From NCBI GenBank assembly GCA_051866555.1, contig JBJDXG010000010.1, forward strand, positions 1 through 32,151: a DNA stretch of 32,151 nt, written 5' to 3'. The notes under the pieces are model-generated. The model ran no database searches, was not told the origin of the DNA, and was given only the letters and a program-made list of their open reading frames with translations. Below are positions 17,819 through 26,489 of the stretch, one piece after another. Source of the DNA: a bacterium (GTDB lineage: Bacteria; Bacillota; JBJDXG01). Each line of letters begins with the position of its first letter. The stretch's first letter is position 1. The position numbers and the translations under genes were made by a program.

Positions 17819-20140
17819 CTATGGCCTGCCAAATTCAAACTTGATCCTCTCTCCATCTATAATCAGAGAAGCCGAAAATGGTTTTCCCTGTTTGCTCACA
17901 AAATCACTGAAAGGCCCAACCCTTTTAGCCTGTAAAAGCGTCTTCATCTCCTCCAGATTTAATTCCCGCCCGCAGATCCTTTTCCAAAGCTTAAACCGGC
18001 AGCCTGACTTATAGCCGGTGCAGGACCAATTATTGTCAAATTCTCTCAACGGCTTGCCGCAAACGGGACAAAACAATTCTGCATTAACGGCAAAGTCAAA
18101 AACTACCTTTCCCTCTCTGACTACTAATTTACTGTCAAATTTCTTCCCGCTTTTAGCTTTAAAGCCCTTTAACAGCTGAGTTTCCTTTTTTTCCAGCAAA
18201 AGCTTCACCTGTTTTTGACTGATCTTTTTTCCGGCAATAACCTTGCTGACTGCAAAAGAACAGCTCCCGTTCCGATACCCAAGACAAGCCCAGTGATTAG
18301 GAAACTCCTTGACTTTATTGCCGCAAAAGCAGCGCAGCTCTCCCTTTTCCAGCTCCTCCTCCACTACCGAGGAAGGACTATTCTTTACCTTATCTATTAA
18401 TTGGCAGGTCAGTTCCTTGATTTCTAATCTGAACTGCTCCGGCGAAAAGTCTTTTTTGTAAACATCATTGATCTTTTTCTCCCACTCGCCTGTCAATTCA
18501 GGAGAAGCCAACACCTCAACCCCTATTCCTTCCACTAAATTGATCAGCTGAATACCCTTTTTCGTCGGCATTAATGATTTGCCCTTAGCTGCAATATAAC
18601 CAATCCGTTTAAGCCTTTCAATAATGCTCGCTCTGGTTGCCGGTGTGCCTAAGCCATGCTCTTTTAATAAATCCAGCATATACTGACTTAGCTTTTCCTC
18701 ATTCTTCAGCCTCGGTCTTTCCATACTGCCCAAGAGACTGGCTTCTGTATAAGGCTTAGGAGCGCTTGTCATTTTTTCAGCAATAGAGCCTTTGCCTGCC
18801 GTAACCTCTGTCCCCGGTTTTAAATTCAGCAGCAGCGGTGAAATAGCTTCTAATTTTTTGCTGCCCTCTATTTCCCGCCAGCCCTTTTCAGCCAATACCT
18901 TAATATTAGTTTTAAAGCTCTCCCCTGCAACCTCAGTCAGCAGTGATAATTCACGATAAACCGCTGCCGGATAAAACTGAGCTAAAAAGCGGCGGATAAT
19001 CAGCTGATAAATTTTTTCCTCTCTGACTGCTAAGCGAGAGGCCGGTCTCTCTTTAGTCGGTATAACAGCATGATGATCGTTTACTTTTTTATCGTTCACC
19101 GCTCTGTGCGCTTTATCTATGCTTAAAGGCAGCTTCCCGCTGTAATAGCTGTGCAGATTAGCCGCAATTTCCGGCAGCTTAGGCAACAAATCCCGGGTCA
19201 AATAGCGGCTGTCAGTTCTCGGATAGCTGATCAATTTAGCCTCATATAAATTTTGAGCTGCATCCAGAGTTTCCTGAGCCGTATAACCAAAAAGCCTGTT
19301 GGCTTCACGCTGCAAGGTCGTCAAATCATAAGGCAGCGGCGGATTTTCCCGGCTTTCTTTGTCCTCAGCTTTTCTTATCCTACCTTTCTTGCCTTCTGTT
19401 TTAGCTAAAATCTGCTCGGCAGCCTCCCGCTTTACGAAACGGTCTGTTTTGCCGCTGCACCATTTTCCTTTATATCCTTCCTGAAAATTCAGCTCTAATT
19501 CCCAAAAGGGCTCCGACTGAAAATTGTCTATCTCCTGCTGCCGCTGGACTAACAGCTTCAAGACCGGAGTCTGCACCCTGCCTATGCTTAGCTTGGAATG
19601 ATACTTAATGGAAAAAGCCCGGCTTAAATTAATGCCTATCAGGTAATCACCTTCTGCCCTGCAGCACGCTGCCTGATATAAGGAATCATATTCACTGTCA
19701 GGCTTTAAAGCAGCAAAGCCGGTCAGAACAGCCTCCTTAGTCAAGGAGCTTATCCATAATCTTTTCGCCGGCAAAGCTATTTTTAAATAATCAAGAATAA
19801 ATCTGGCAATCAATTGCCCCTCCCGTCCTGCATCAGTCGCAATGATGAGACCGGAGGATTTTTGCGCCAGGGAATTTAAAATTTTCAGCTGAGCCTCTGT
19901 CTTAGCTAAGGCAGTTAATTTGAATTTTTCAGGAATAAACGGCAGCTTATCCAAACGCCAGCTTTTCATAGCCGGATCATATTCCTCCGGAAGAGCAAGC
20001 CCGACTAAATGACCGACTGCCCAGGCCAAATAATAAGAAGAACTTTCTAAATAACCGCTGCGTTTTTGAAATCCGCCCAGAGCTTCAGCATATGCTCTGG
20101 CCGCCGACGGCTTTTCCGCAATAATCAACTCTTTTTTCAC
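17819..20140 (-). CDS. topB: DNA topoisomerase III with C-terminal zinc-ribbon / topoisomerase C-terminal repeats
   Basis: 773 aa. It has Toprim (IIAEKPS, DAGREGQ), the active-site region ISYPRTDSRYL, two C4-type ribbons (CFCG...C...C and CPVCG...C...C) and two repeats (GFKAKSGKKFDSKLV...VVFDF and DFVSKQGKPFSASLII...IKFEF). The start is GTG with AAAAGGGGA upstream. Confidence 0.92.
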   Translation of the reverse strand: MKKELIIAEKPSAARAYAEALGGFQKRSGYLESSSYYLAWAVGHLVGLALPEEYDPAMKSWRLDKLPFIPEKFKLTALAKTEAQLKILNSLAQKSSGLIIATDAGREGQLIARFILDYLKIALPAKRLWISSLTKEAVLTGFAALKPDSEYDSLYQAACCRAEGDYLIGINLSRAFSIKYHSKLSIGRVQTPVLKLLVQRQQEIDNFQSEPFWELELNFQEGYKGKWCSGKTDRFVKREAAEQILAKTEGKKGRIRKAEDKESRENPPLPYDLTTLQREANRLFGYTAQETLDAAQNLYEAKLISYPRTDSRYLTRDLLPKLPEIAANLHSYYSGKLPLSIDKAHRAVNDKKVNDHHAVIPTKERPASRLAVREEKIYQLIIRRFLAQFYPAAVYRELSLLTEVAGESFKTNIKVLAEKGWREIEGSKKLEAISPLLLNLKPGTEVTAGKGSIAEKMTSAPKPYTEASLLGSMERPRLKNEEKLSQYMLDLLKEHGLGTPATRASIIERLKRIGYIAAKGKSLMPTKKGIQLINLVEGIGVEVLASPELTGEWEKKINDVYKKDFSPEQFRLEIKELTCQLIDKVKNSPSSVVEEELEKGELRCFCGNKVKEFPNHWACLGYRNGSCSFAVSKVIAGKKISQKQVKLLLEKKETQLLKGFKAKSGKKFDSKLVVREGKVVFDFAVNAELFCPVCGKPLREFDNNWSCTGYKSGCRFKLWKRICGRELNLEEMKTLLQAKRVGPFSDFVSKQGKPFSASLIIDGERIKFEFGRP

Positions 20141-20156
20141 CGCTTGTCCCCTTTTC

Positions 20157-20169
20157 TGCTATAATTATA
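20157..20169. promoter_or_regulatory. Overlapping divergent -10 elements / candidate operator between topB and the XRE gene
   Basis: The perfect 10-bp palindrome TATAATTATA (20160-20169) reads as TGcTATAAT (extended -10) on the plus strand and TATAAT on the minus strand. The whole intergenic space is only 54 nt. Confidence 0.45.
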
Positions 20170-20194
20170 AGCAAAAGCTCAAGGAGTGATCTTT

Positions 20195-20509
20195 ATGGAA
20201 CGCCTTAAACAATTGCGTCTGGAAAAAAATTTAAGCCAAAAAAAGCTGGCTGAATCTCTGGGAATCAGCCAACAATTGATCAATAATTATGAAAACGGGC
20301 ATCACGAGCCCGGCATAGCACTATTAAAAAAGACAGCTCTTTTTTTTGCTGTAACTATCGACTATCTGGTCGGTTTAAGCAATGAGCGTCAGCCAAGCCT
20401 TAAGAGCGAGGAAGCAGAGCTCATCAAGCTCTACCGCACCTTACCGGACAAGGTACAGCAAAATGCCTTTAACCTGCTTAAAAGCATCTCGGAAATGCCC
20501 AAGCAGTAA
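20195..20509 (+). CDS. XRE-family helix-turn-helix transcriptional regulator
   Basis: MERLKQLRLEKNLSQKKLAESLGISQQLINNYENG is a classic HTH_3 motif. AAGGAG lies 8 nt before ATG 20195. The ORF-track start 20186 overlaps the Shine-Dalgarno. Confidence 0.85.
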   Translation: MERLKQLRLEKNLSQKKLAESLGISQQLINNYENGHHEPGIALLKKTALFFAVTIDYLVGLSNERQPSLKSEEAELIKLYRTLPDKVQQNAFNLLKSISEMPKQ

Positions 20510-20530
20510 TTTAATTATAACACATTAATT

Positions 20531-21280
20531 TCATAATGTCTCTTCCAGCCCCCATTTTTCCCGCAGTCTTTTTTCAAAGCAAAAAAAGAACAGCCGGTCA
20601 AGACTAAGTCCAATCAGAGCAATAATCAGCATTACAGCTATCACCTGGCTCATATCTGCCATATCCCTGCCCATCATCAATACCTGCCCCAGCCCGGTAC
20701 CGGAGGCCAACAGCTCTCCGGCCATTAAGGACCGCCAGGCAAACGACCAGCCAAGCTTCATACCGGTAAAAATGGCCGGCATTGAAGCAGGCAGGACCAC
20801 ATTGCCTAAGAGGCGCAGTCCATCTGCTCCCATAGTTTTAGCCGCTTTTAAGTATAAGGGCTGCACATTGCGCACCCCATCCTCGGCAGCTCCCGAAACA
20901 GAAAAAATCGCCCCCATAAAAACTACGAAAATAATCGCTCTTTCATTTAAACCAAACCAGAGTAAAGAAAGAGGAAGCCAGCAGATGCTGGGCAGGTTTT
21001 GCAGCCCTGAAACCAGCGAGCCCAGAGTCTGCCTGGCTAAGGGAAATTTACCGTTTAAGATGCCCAGCGGTATCCCTATCATGAGAGAAAGAAAATACCC
21101 CTGAAAAACTCTTTTCAGACTCCACAGGACGGCTAAGAAATACTCTCCTTCACTAAAGCCGAAAAGCAAATTTTTTCCCACATCAAGAGGAGAAGGAAAT
21201 AAAAAGTCTGCCCAAAAGCCAGCCAGGCAGAGAAGCTGCCACAGCAAAACTAAGAGTACATAAAAGAGCAGTCTTTTCAT
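20531..21280 (-). CDS. ABC transporter permease (NitT/TauT family, BPD_transp_1)
   Basis: 249 aa with about 6 TM segments and an EAA-like loop (AAKTMGADGLRLLGNVVLPASMP). Its start overlaps the SBP stop (ATGA). Confidence 0.85.
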   Translation of the reverse strand: MKRLLFYVLLVLLWQLLCLAGFWADFLFPSPLDVGKNLLFGFSEGEYFLAVLWSLKRVFQGYFLSLMIGIPLGILNGKFPLARQTLGSLVSGLQNLPSICWLPLSLLWFGLNERAIIFVVFMGAIFSVSGAAEDGVRNVQPLYLKAAKTMGADGLRLLGNVVLPASMPAIFTGMKLGWSFAWRSLMAGELLASGTGLGQVLMMGRDMADMSQVIAVMLIIALIGLSLDRLFFFCFEKRLREKWGLEETL

Positions 21281-22302
21281 GGTTTAATCAAAGGCAGCTT
21301 ATTCTTACCCAAAGCCTTATTCAAATAATCCAAAGCGAAAATATGGCTGACATCAGGCTTTTCTTTCAGATAACCGGCTTCATAAGCAAGAACAGCAAAT
21401 TCCCTGACCGATTCAGCCGCAGGATCATAAGTCAGATTTATTCGCTTAAATGCCCTGCTTAAGACAGCTTCAGGCAGATTTTTACCCGATAATTCCTTCA
21501 GCTGTTCATTTAAAATCGCCATTGCCCGCTTCTCATCCTGCTTAATCTTTTCGGTCACTAAAACATGAGCTTCAACCCATTTGGCAACTAAATCAGGATG
21601 CTGCTGCAAAAAATTTTCCCGTACAACGATGACAGCCGTTGAATAATTGCCGTTGCGCCATATTTTATCCTCTCCAAGCAGTATCTTGCCCCCGCCGTCT
21701 ATTTCCAGCCTGGCTCCCCACGGTTCAGGCACAAGAGCAGCTTCCAGCTGCTTTCTCTGAAAAAGCAGCAAAATATCCGGATTTTTTACCTGTAAAACAG
21801 TAATTTTTCCTCCTTGATTTACAGTTTTTAGCCCCTGATCGCTCAGCAATTTGCGTAAAGAAATATCCTGGGTATTGCCAAACTGCGGCACAGCAATCTT
21901 CATTCCGTTTAAATCCTTTAAAGCCGATACAGCTTTGTCTCTGGTTACTAAGACTGCTCCTCCATTGGCACAGCCGGCTATAATCTTCAGACCGCCATTA
22001 GATTTTATGTAACCGTTAATAGCCGGAACCGGTCCAATATAGCCCAAATCAATTTCTCCGGCCAAAAGAGCTTCAATTTCCTCCGGCCCTGCATTAAAGC
22101 ATTTGCGCTCAATTTTGACCTGACTGCCTAACAGCTGCTGAAAAGAACCATCAGCCAGACCAATTAAAGCCTGAGCGTGAGTAATGTTAGGAAAATGTGC
22201 CACCCTCATGACTGTCTTATCCTCTGCTTTGGGCGAACTGCAGCCGGTCATTACTGCCATCAGGCTAAGCATAAGAAATAATATTAGAAGCCTTTTTCTC
22301 AT
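21277..22302 (-). CDS. ABC transporter substrate-binding lipoprotein (NMT1/SsuA-like)
   Basis: 341 aa. It has a lipobox (LMAVMTGCSS) and an NMT1/THI5-like periplasmic-binding fold pattern. The substrate cannot be assigned from sequence alone. Confidence 0.8.
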   Translation of the reverse strand: MRKRLLILFLMLSLMAVMTGCSSPKAEDKTVMRVAHFPNITHAQALIGLADGSFQQLLGSQVKIERKCFNAGPEEIEALLAGEIDLGYIGPVPAINGYIKSNGGLKIIAGCANGGAVLVTRDKAVSALKDLNGMKIAVPQFGNTQDISLRKLLSDQGLKTVNQGGKITVLQVKNPDILLLFQRKQLEAALVPEPWGARLEIDGGGKILLGEDKIWRNGNYSTAVIVVRENFLQQHPDLVAKWVEAHVLVTEKIKQDEKRAMAILNEQLKELSGKNLPEAVLSRAFKRINLTYDPAAESVREFAVLAYEAGYLKEKPDVSHIFALDYLNKALGKNKLPLIKP

Positions 22303-23050
22303 GTCGTCCCTCCCGTCCCCTTTCTGTTTTCATCTCCAAGGCCTGTTTTATTTTTCTTTGCAGACTAAGAACCTGAGCATCATTCTCCTGCCGCACTCTG
22401 GGAAGCAAAACCGGAAAAGTCTCTTTAATCGTCCCCGGACTGCCGCTGAAAAGGATGATTCTGTCAGCCAGACAAACCGCTTCATTTATGCTGTGAGTAA
22501 CAAATAAAATAGTTTTTCCCGTCTTTTGCCAAAGCTCCTGTAACTCTAACTGAAGAATTTTTCTGGTTTCTTCATCCAAAGCCGCAAACGGTTCATCCAT
22601 TAAAAGAAGCTGCGGCTCCATAGCCAGCGCTCTGGCAATAGATACTCTTTGCTTCATTCCGCCTGACAGCTCATGCGGACAAGCAGCAGCGAACTCAGCT
22701 AAGTGAACTAAATCAAGATACCTTAAAGCAATCTCCCGGCGCTCTTTTTTCTTTTTCCCCTGCATTTTTAAGCCAAATTCCACATTTTCTATAACGCTGA
22801 GCCAGGGAAACAATGCACTTTCCTGAAAAACAACTACTCTCTCAGGTCCAGCCTTTTTAACCTCCTTTCCGCCGACTGTCACATGACCGCTGCTGGGAGC
22901 TTCCAAACCGGCAATAATATTAAGCAAAGTAGATTTTCCACAGCCAGAAGGCCCTAATAAGCAGACAAATTCACCTGCCTCAACCGATAAATCTATTTTG
23001 CCTAAAGCCTTAACCAAGCCATTCTGCTTTTGACGATAACTTTTTTCCAC
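22265..23050 (-). CDS. ABC transporter ATP-binding protein (NitT/TauT family)
   Basis: It has Walker A GPSGCGKST, the signature LSGGMKQR and Walker B LLLMDEPF. The ORF-track start is GTG 23050, but the frame stays open to 23077 (IFLKVIAAGVEKSY). The conserved first beta-strand and the GAGG at 23084-23081 suggest a non-ATG start upstream (CTG 23071 or ATT 23077). Confidence 0.85.
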   Translation of the reverse strand: MEKSYRQKQNGLVKALGKIDLSVEAGEFVCLLGPSGCGKSTLLNIIAGLEAPSSGHVTVGGKEVKKAGPERVVVFQESALFPWLSVIENVEFGLKMQGKKKKERREIALRYLDLVHLAEFAAACPHELSGGMKQRVSIARALAMEPQLLLMDEPFAALDEETRKILQLELQELWQKTGKTILFVTHSINEAVCLADRIILFSGSPGTIKETFPVLLPRVRQENDAQVLSLQRKIKQALEMKTERGREGRHEKKASNIISYA

Positions 23051-23103
23051 TCCAGCTGCTATTACCTTCAGAAAAATTCACCTCTTTTCCTAATCAATTT
23101 ATT

Positions 23104-23132
23104 ATTATGCAGCGAAAAAAATATTGACACAA
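23104..23132 (-). promoter_or_regulatory. Candidate promoter of the ABC operon
   Basis: On the minus strand: TTGTGT (23132-23127), 17-nt spacer, CATAAT (23109-23104). It lies immediately after the terminator. Confidence 0.35.
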
Positions 23133-23156
23133 AAAAAGTCCGGCCTAGCCGGACTC
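23129..23156 (-). terminator. Rho-independent terminator (8-bp GC-rich stem, 3-nt loop, T7 tail)
   Basis: The minus strand reads AGTCCGGC-TAG-GCCGGACT followed by TTTTTTT (stem 23155-23137). Confidence 0.8.
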
Positions 23157-23261
23157 TTCTTGTTCTTTAACTATCCTCTGCCAGATAAATTCCAGCAGAA
23201 GCCTGCTTAAATAATTTTCTGTTTTTTTATCATCATTGGGATTATTAAAGCTTACCTCCAC
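23145..23261 (-). CDS. Possible 38-aa small ORF ending inside the terminator hairpin
   Basis: The start is GTG 23261 with AGAGGAG 7 nt upstream. The product is MEVSFNNPNDDKKTENYLSRLLLEFIWQRIVKEQEESG*. The last three sense codons form the 5' stem arm and the TAG stop is the hairpin loop. Confidence 0.3.
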   Translation of the reverse strand: MEVSFNNPNDDKKTENYLSRLLLEFIWQRIVKEQEESG

Positions 23262-23327
23262 CTCATCACTCCTCTTTTTTCACTATATGAGACAAGCTTT
23301 AAAAATATAACGTAGCTCAAAGAATTT

Positions 23328-24257
23328 TTATTTCGGCTTATGATATTTTTCCCAAAAGATTCCTGCTACCCCGCTCAAAATAAGCAAAGTTCCTCCAATA
23401 GTCGAAGCCCCAATAGGCTCGCTTAAAATCAGCCAGCCCAGGAAAAGAGCAATGACCGGATTAACATAAGCATAGGTCATCGCTATACTCATCGGCAGGG
23501 TTTTAAAAATAATAATAAAAGAAGTATAAGCTATTAAAGAACCAAAGATAAGCAAATATACCCAGGCTCCCCAGGCAGCAGCATTCGGCTGCGGCAAAGG
23601 CTCGCCTAAAGCTAAAGCCATCATCATCAGCCCTAAAGCACCGGCCATCTGCTGATAAGCTGAATTAACTAAGGAATTGACCTTAAGCGGATAATGCTCA
23701 ATCAGCATAGCACCCAAGGCCCAGAATATCGGAGCAGACAGCAAAATTAAAGTATAGACCAGAGAAGCCGGTTCCTTTATTTCCTGAACTGACAAACAAA
23801 AAATCCCTAAAAAAGCGGTCAGCAAGGAAAAAATCAATAAAAACGAAGGAATTTTTTTCTCAATAATAGACTGGATAAGTGCAGCAAAGATAGGAGTAGA
23901 AGCCGCAAATAAGGCACAATAGCCTGAATCAACATACTGCACACACCAAAGCACTATCCCATGACCGCCGACCCATAAAAATACTCCGGCCAGCATAGCT
24001 ACCATAAAATCTTTTTTGCCCAGATGAATCGTATAGCCCCTAAAGCGACAATAAAGAAAGAGGATTATTCCCGCCGTCAGAAGCCTTGTCCCTCCCAGCC
24101 AGAAGGGAGGAAAACCATTAGACGGCATAACACCTATTCTCATGGCAAGATAAGTACTGCCCCAGATAATATATACTATCATTAAATGTATTAAACCATA
24201 AATTAAAGAATTTTTCTTTTTTAATTCTGCCTGCATTTCTTCTTCACTTCTTTCCAA
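23328..24257 (-). CDS. EamA/DMT-family transporter (10 TM)
   Basis: 309 aa with two EamA-like halves and a hydrophobic profile. The start is TTG and overlaps the rarA 3' end by 37 nt. Confidence 0.8.
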   Translation of the reverse strand: MERSEEEMQAELKKKNSLIYGLIHLMIVYIIWGSTYLAMRIGVMPSNGFPPFWLGGTRLLTAGIILFLYCRFRGYTIHLGKKDFMVAMLAGVFLWVGGHGIVLWCVQYVDSGYCALFAASTPIFAALIQSIIEKKIPSFLLIFSLLTAFLGIFCLSVQEIKEPASLVYTLILLSAPIFWALGAMLIEHYPLKVNSLVNSAYQQMAGALGLMMMALALGEPLPQPNAAAWGAWVYLLIFGSLIAYTSFIIIFKTLPMSIAMTYAYVNPVIALFLGWLILSEPIGASTIGGTLLILSGVAGIFWEKYHKPK

Positions 24258-25495
24258 TATTTCACCATATTTTCTTCTACCTTGTTTTTCCCCGGCTTAT
24301 AATAAACAGTCCCAACTAAAGAATCAGGCAAATATTGCTGCTGGATATAATTATAAGGATAATCATGCGGATATAAATACCCTTTGCCATGACCTATTTT
24401 TTCAGCTCCGGCATAATGCGCATCCAACAGATGGACAGGCGGTCTGCCGTTTTCCCGCTGCTTAAGAGAAGCTAAAGCAGCATCAACAGCCAGAAGAGCT
24501 GAATTGGATTTAGGAGCATTAGCCAAAAGAAGCACCGCCTCAGCTAAAGGTATTCTGGCTTCCGGCAGCCCCAGAAAAAAAGCACTGTCAACCGCACTTT
24601 TTACTATCGCCAAGGCCTGAGGATAAGCAAGTCCTATATCCTCTGCCGCAATAACTAAGAGACGGCGGCAGACCGAAGCAAGATCACCGCCCTGCAAAAG
24701 ATTAGCTAAGTAATAGATACTGGCATCCGGGTCACTGCCTCTGATGGATTTCTGCAAAGCACTTAACAAATCATAATGTCCGTCACCCGAGCGGTCATAA
24801 TAATAAGACCTTCCGGCTGAAGCCTCTGCCTCCTCCAGAGTTAAACCCCAGCAGTCAAGCTCTTCATCATACTCTGCCAAATCAGCCATCAGCTCCAAAG
24901 AATTAAGCGCTTTACGAACATCACCTCCGGAGATTTTAGCTAAGTATTCCAAGACCCCGTCGGCACACTGCAAATTGCGTTCCTGATTTAAAAGCTTTAA
25001 ACCTCTTTCCAGAGCAGGCAGAATTTCCTGCCAGACGACCTCTTTAAATTCAAAGACATGCGCCCGGCTCAATATAGCTTTGTATATATAATGATAAGGA
25101 TTTTCCGTAGTACTGGCAATTAAGGTTATTTTCCCATTCTCCATATATTCTAAAAGCGATTGCTGCTGTTTTTTATTAAAATTCTGGATTTCATCCAAAT
25201 ATAACAGAACACCATTGCTGGTCAGCAATGAATCCAATTCCCCAGTAATCAGCTTGATATCTGCCAAAGAAGCATTAGTGGCATTTAATTTGTAAAAGGT
25301 CCGATCACTCAAATCAGCTGCCAGCATAGCCACTGTCGTTTTTCCTGTTCCCGGCGGTCCGTAAAAAATCATATTAGTAATATTTTTCTGTCTGAATAAA
25401 CGAGCTAAAACTCTGCCCGGACCTAAAAGATGCTGCTGTCCTACTACCTCCTGAATACATTTGGGCCGCAAGCGGTCAGCTAAAGGAATCCTCAT
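24221..25495 (-). CDS. rarA: Replication-associated recombination protein A (AAA+ ATPase MgsA/RarA)
   Basis: 424 aa. Motifs include LADRLRP, GPPGTGKTT, LYLDEIQNFNKKQQ, SALQKSIRGSDPDA..YYL and the MgsA_C region. It has an ATGA overlap with the tcdA stop. Confidence 0.92.
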   Translation of the reverse strand: MRIPLADRLRPKCIQEVVGQQHLLGPGRVLARLFRQKNITNMIFYGPPGTGKTTVAMLAADLSDRTFYKLNATNASLADIKLITGELDSLLTSNGVLLYLDEIQNFNKKQQQSLLEYMENGKITLIASTTENPYHYIYKAILSRAHVFEFKEVVWQEILPALERGLKLLNQERNLQCADGVLEYLAKISGGDVRKALNSLELMADLAEYDEELDCWGLTLEEAEASAGRSYYYDRSGDGHYDLLSALQKSIRGSDPDASIYYLANLLQGGDLASVCRRLLVIAAEDIGLAYPQALAIVKSAVDSAFFLGLPEARIPLAEAVLLLANAPKSNSALLAVDAALASLKQRENGRPPVHLLDAHYAGAEKIGHGKGYLYPHDYPYNYIQQQYLPDSLVGTVYYKPGKNKVEENMVKYWKEVKKKCRQN

Positions 25496-26217
25496 ATCCG
25501 CCGCTCCAAAGCAGGAATAAGATCGGCCAGAAGATCATGCACAACTGCTGAAGCTAAAAGAAAGCCGGCAGTCCCCGGCACAAAAGAAATACTGCCCGGC
25601 AAAGACCTTCTTCCCTCCGGCAGCTCCTCAAGAGCAGTCATTTTAATTTTTAGCGGAGGCTCCAGGGAATAAACCACTTTCACACCCTTAGTGATCCCGG
25701 CCCGGCGCAGCTCTTTACGCATAATCTTAGCTAAAGGACAAATTTTAGTTTGGGAGATATCGCCTATTTTTAACTGGGTCGGATCAAGCTTATTAGCTGT
25801 CCCCATACTGCTGATTAACGGTATCCTTCTTTTACGGCAGGTTTTAATTAAATCCAGCTTAGCTGTCACTGTATCCACCGCATCAACCACATAATCATAA
25901 TTATCTCGCAGCAGGGTATCATTCGTTTCCTGACTGTAGAAAAGAGGATAAGCCGTAACCTTTATCTCCGGATTGATCTGCCGCAGTCTTTCTTCCATCA
26001 CAGCAGTTTTCAATTTCCCTACCGTTTCGGTCAAGGCCAGAAGCTGACGGTTAATATTGGTTACCGATACCGTATCATGGTCAACTATTATCAAATGACC
26101 CACCCCGGCCCTGGCTAAGGCTTCTGCTGCATGAGAGCCTACCCCGCCCAGACCAAAAACAGCAACCTTAGACTGCTGTAATCTCGTAAGACCAGCCTTG
26201 CCCAGCAAAAGCTCCAT
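25492..26217 (-). CDS. tcdA: tRNA threonylcarbamoyladenosine dehydratase (ThiF/E1-like, YrvM/TcdA)
   Basis: VAVFGLGGVGSHAAEALARAGVGHLIIVDHDTVSVTNINRQ. The likely start is ATG 26217 (MELLLGKAG...), with GGAG upstream. The ORF-track start 26289 would read through the 6S terminator hairpin. Confidence 0.85.
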   Translation of the reverse strand: MELLLGKAGLTRLQQSKVAVFGLGGVGSHAAEALARAGVGHLIIVDHDTVSVTNINRQLLALTETVGKLKTAVMEERLRQINPEIKVTAYPLFYSQETNDTLLRDNYDYVVDAVDTVTAKLDLIKTCRKRRIPLISSMGTANKLDPTQLKIGDISQTKICPLAKIMRKELRRAGITKGVKVVYSLEPPLKIKMTALEELPEGRRSLPGSISFVPGTAGFLLASAVVHDLLADLIPALERRI

Positions 26218-26250
26218 TCTGCTCCAAGCATTCACAACCTTCCACCTCCA

Positions 26251-26287
26251 GACAAAATAAATGAAGGAGCATTTAAAAATGCTCCTC
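26251..26287 (-). terminator. Rho-independent terminator following the 6S RNA
   Basis: The minus strand reads GAGGAGCA-tttttaaa-TGCTCCTTC followed by ATTTATTTT. Confidence 0.65.
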
Positions 26288-26483
26288 AAAACTTGCCCCA
26301 GTATGCCGTGTGCCGGATGTTTAAAAACCTGTTCTTCAACAGGTCGGAACCCTCCGCCTAATCTCTGCGCTTCCTTTTAAAAGGCCTGCACTCCAAAAGG
26401 CGAGCCGGATTCCATTTTTCTTAGTGTTGGTTTTAAACTTCCTGATTCATCACGGACATTCCAGGGAAACTATCTAATTGACT
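26288..26483 (-). ncRNA. ssrS: 6S RNA (SsrS; 6S-1/BsrA-like)
   Basis: This is a non-coding spacer with its own promoter. The 5' arm (TTTCCCTGGAATGTCCGTG ... GTTTAAAACC) pairs with the 3' arm (GGTTTTTAAAC ... CACGGCATACTGGGG) to form a long imperfect rod around an unpaired centre. Its location between aspS and tcdA/yrvM matches B. subtilis bsrA. The ends are approximate. Confidence 0.7.
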
Positions 26484-26489
26484 ATAAAA

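Noticed and set aside
14663-20509. Calling the topB / PRiA4_ORF3 / XRE block an integrative or conjugative mobile element.
   Set aside because: No integrase, recombinase, relaxase, T4SS genes, flanking direct repeats or tRNA target is visible, and composition looks like the surroundings. At most it is a remnant, so it is reported only as a hypothesis under findings.
23124-23129. A perfect TTGACA on the plus strand upstream of the terminator palindrome.
   Set aside because: No -10-like hexamer lies 16-18 nt downstream (that position falls in the GC stem), and no plus-strand gene follows. It is probably fortuitous or is the reverse complement context of the minus-strand -35.
23051-23327. A riboswitch or T-box upstream of the ABC importer.
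   Set aside because: After the terminator and candidate promoter, only ~40-50 nt of leader remain, which is too short for any known riboswitch class. No conserved riboswitch core motifs were recognised.
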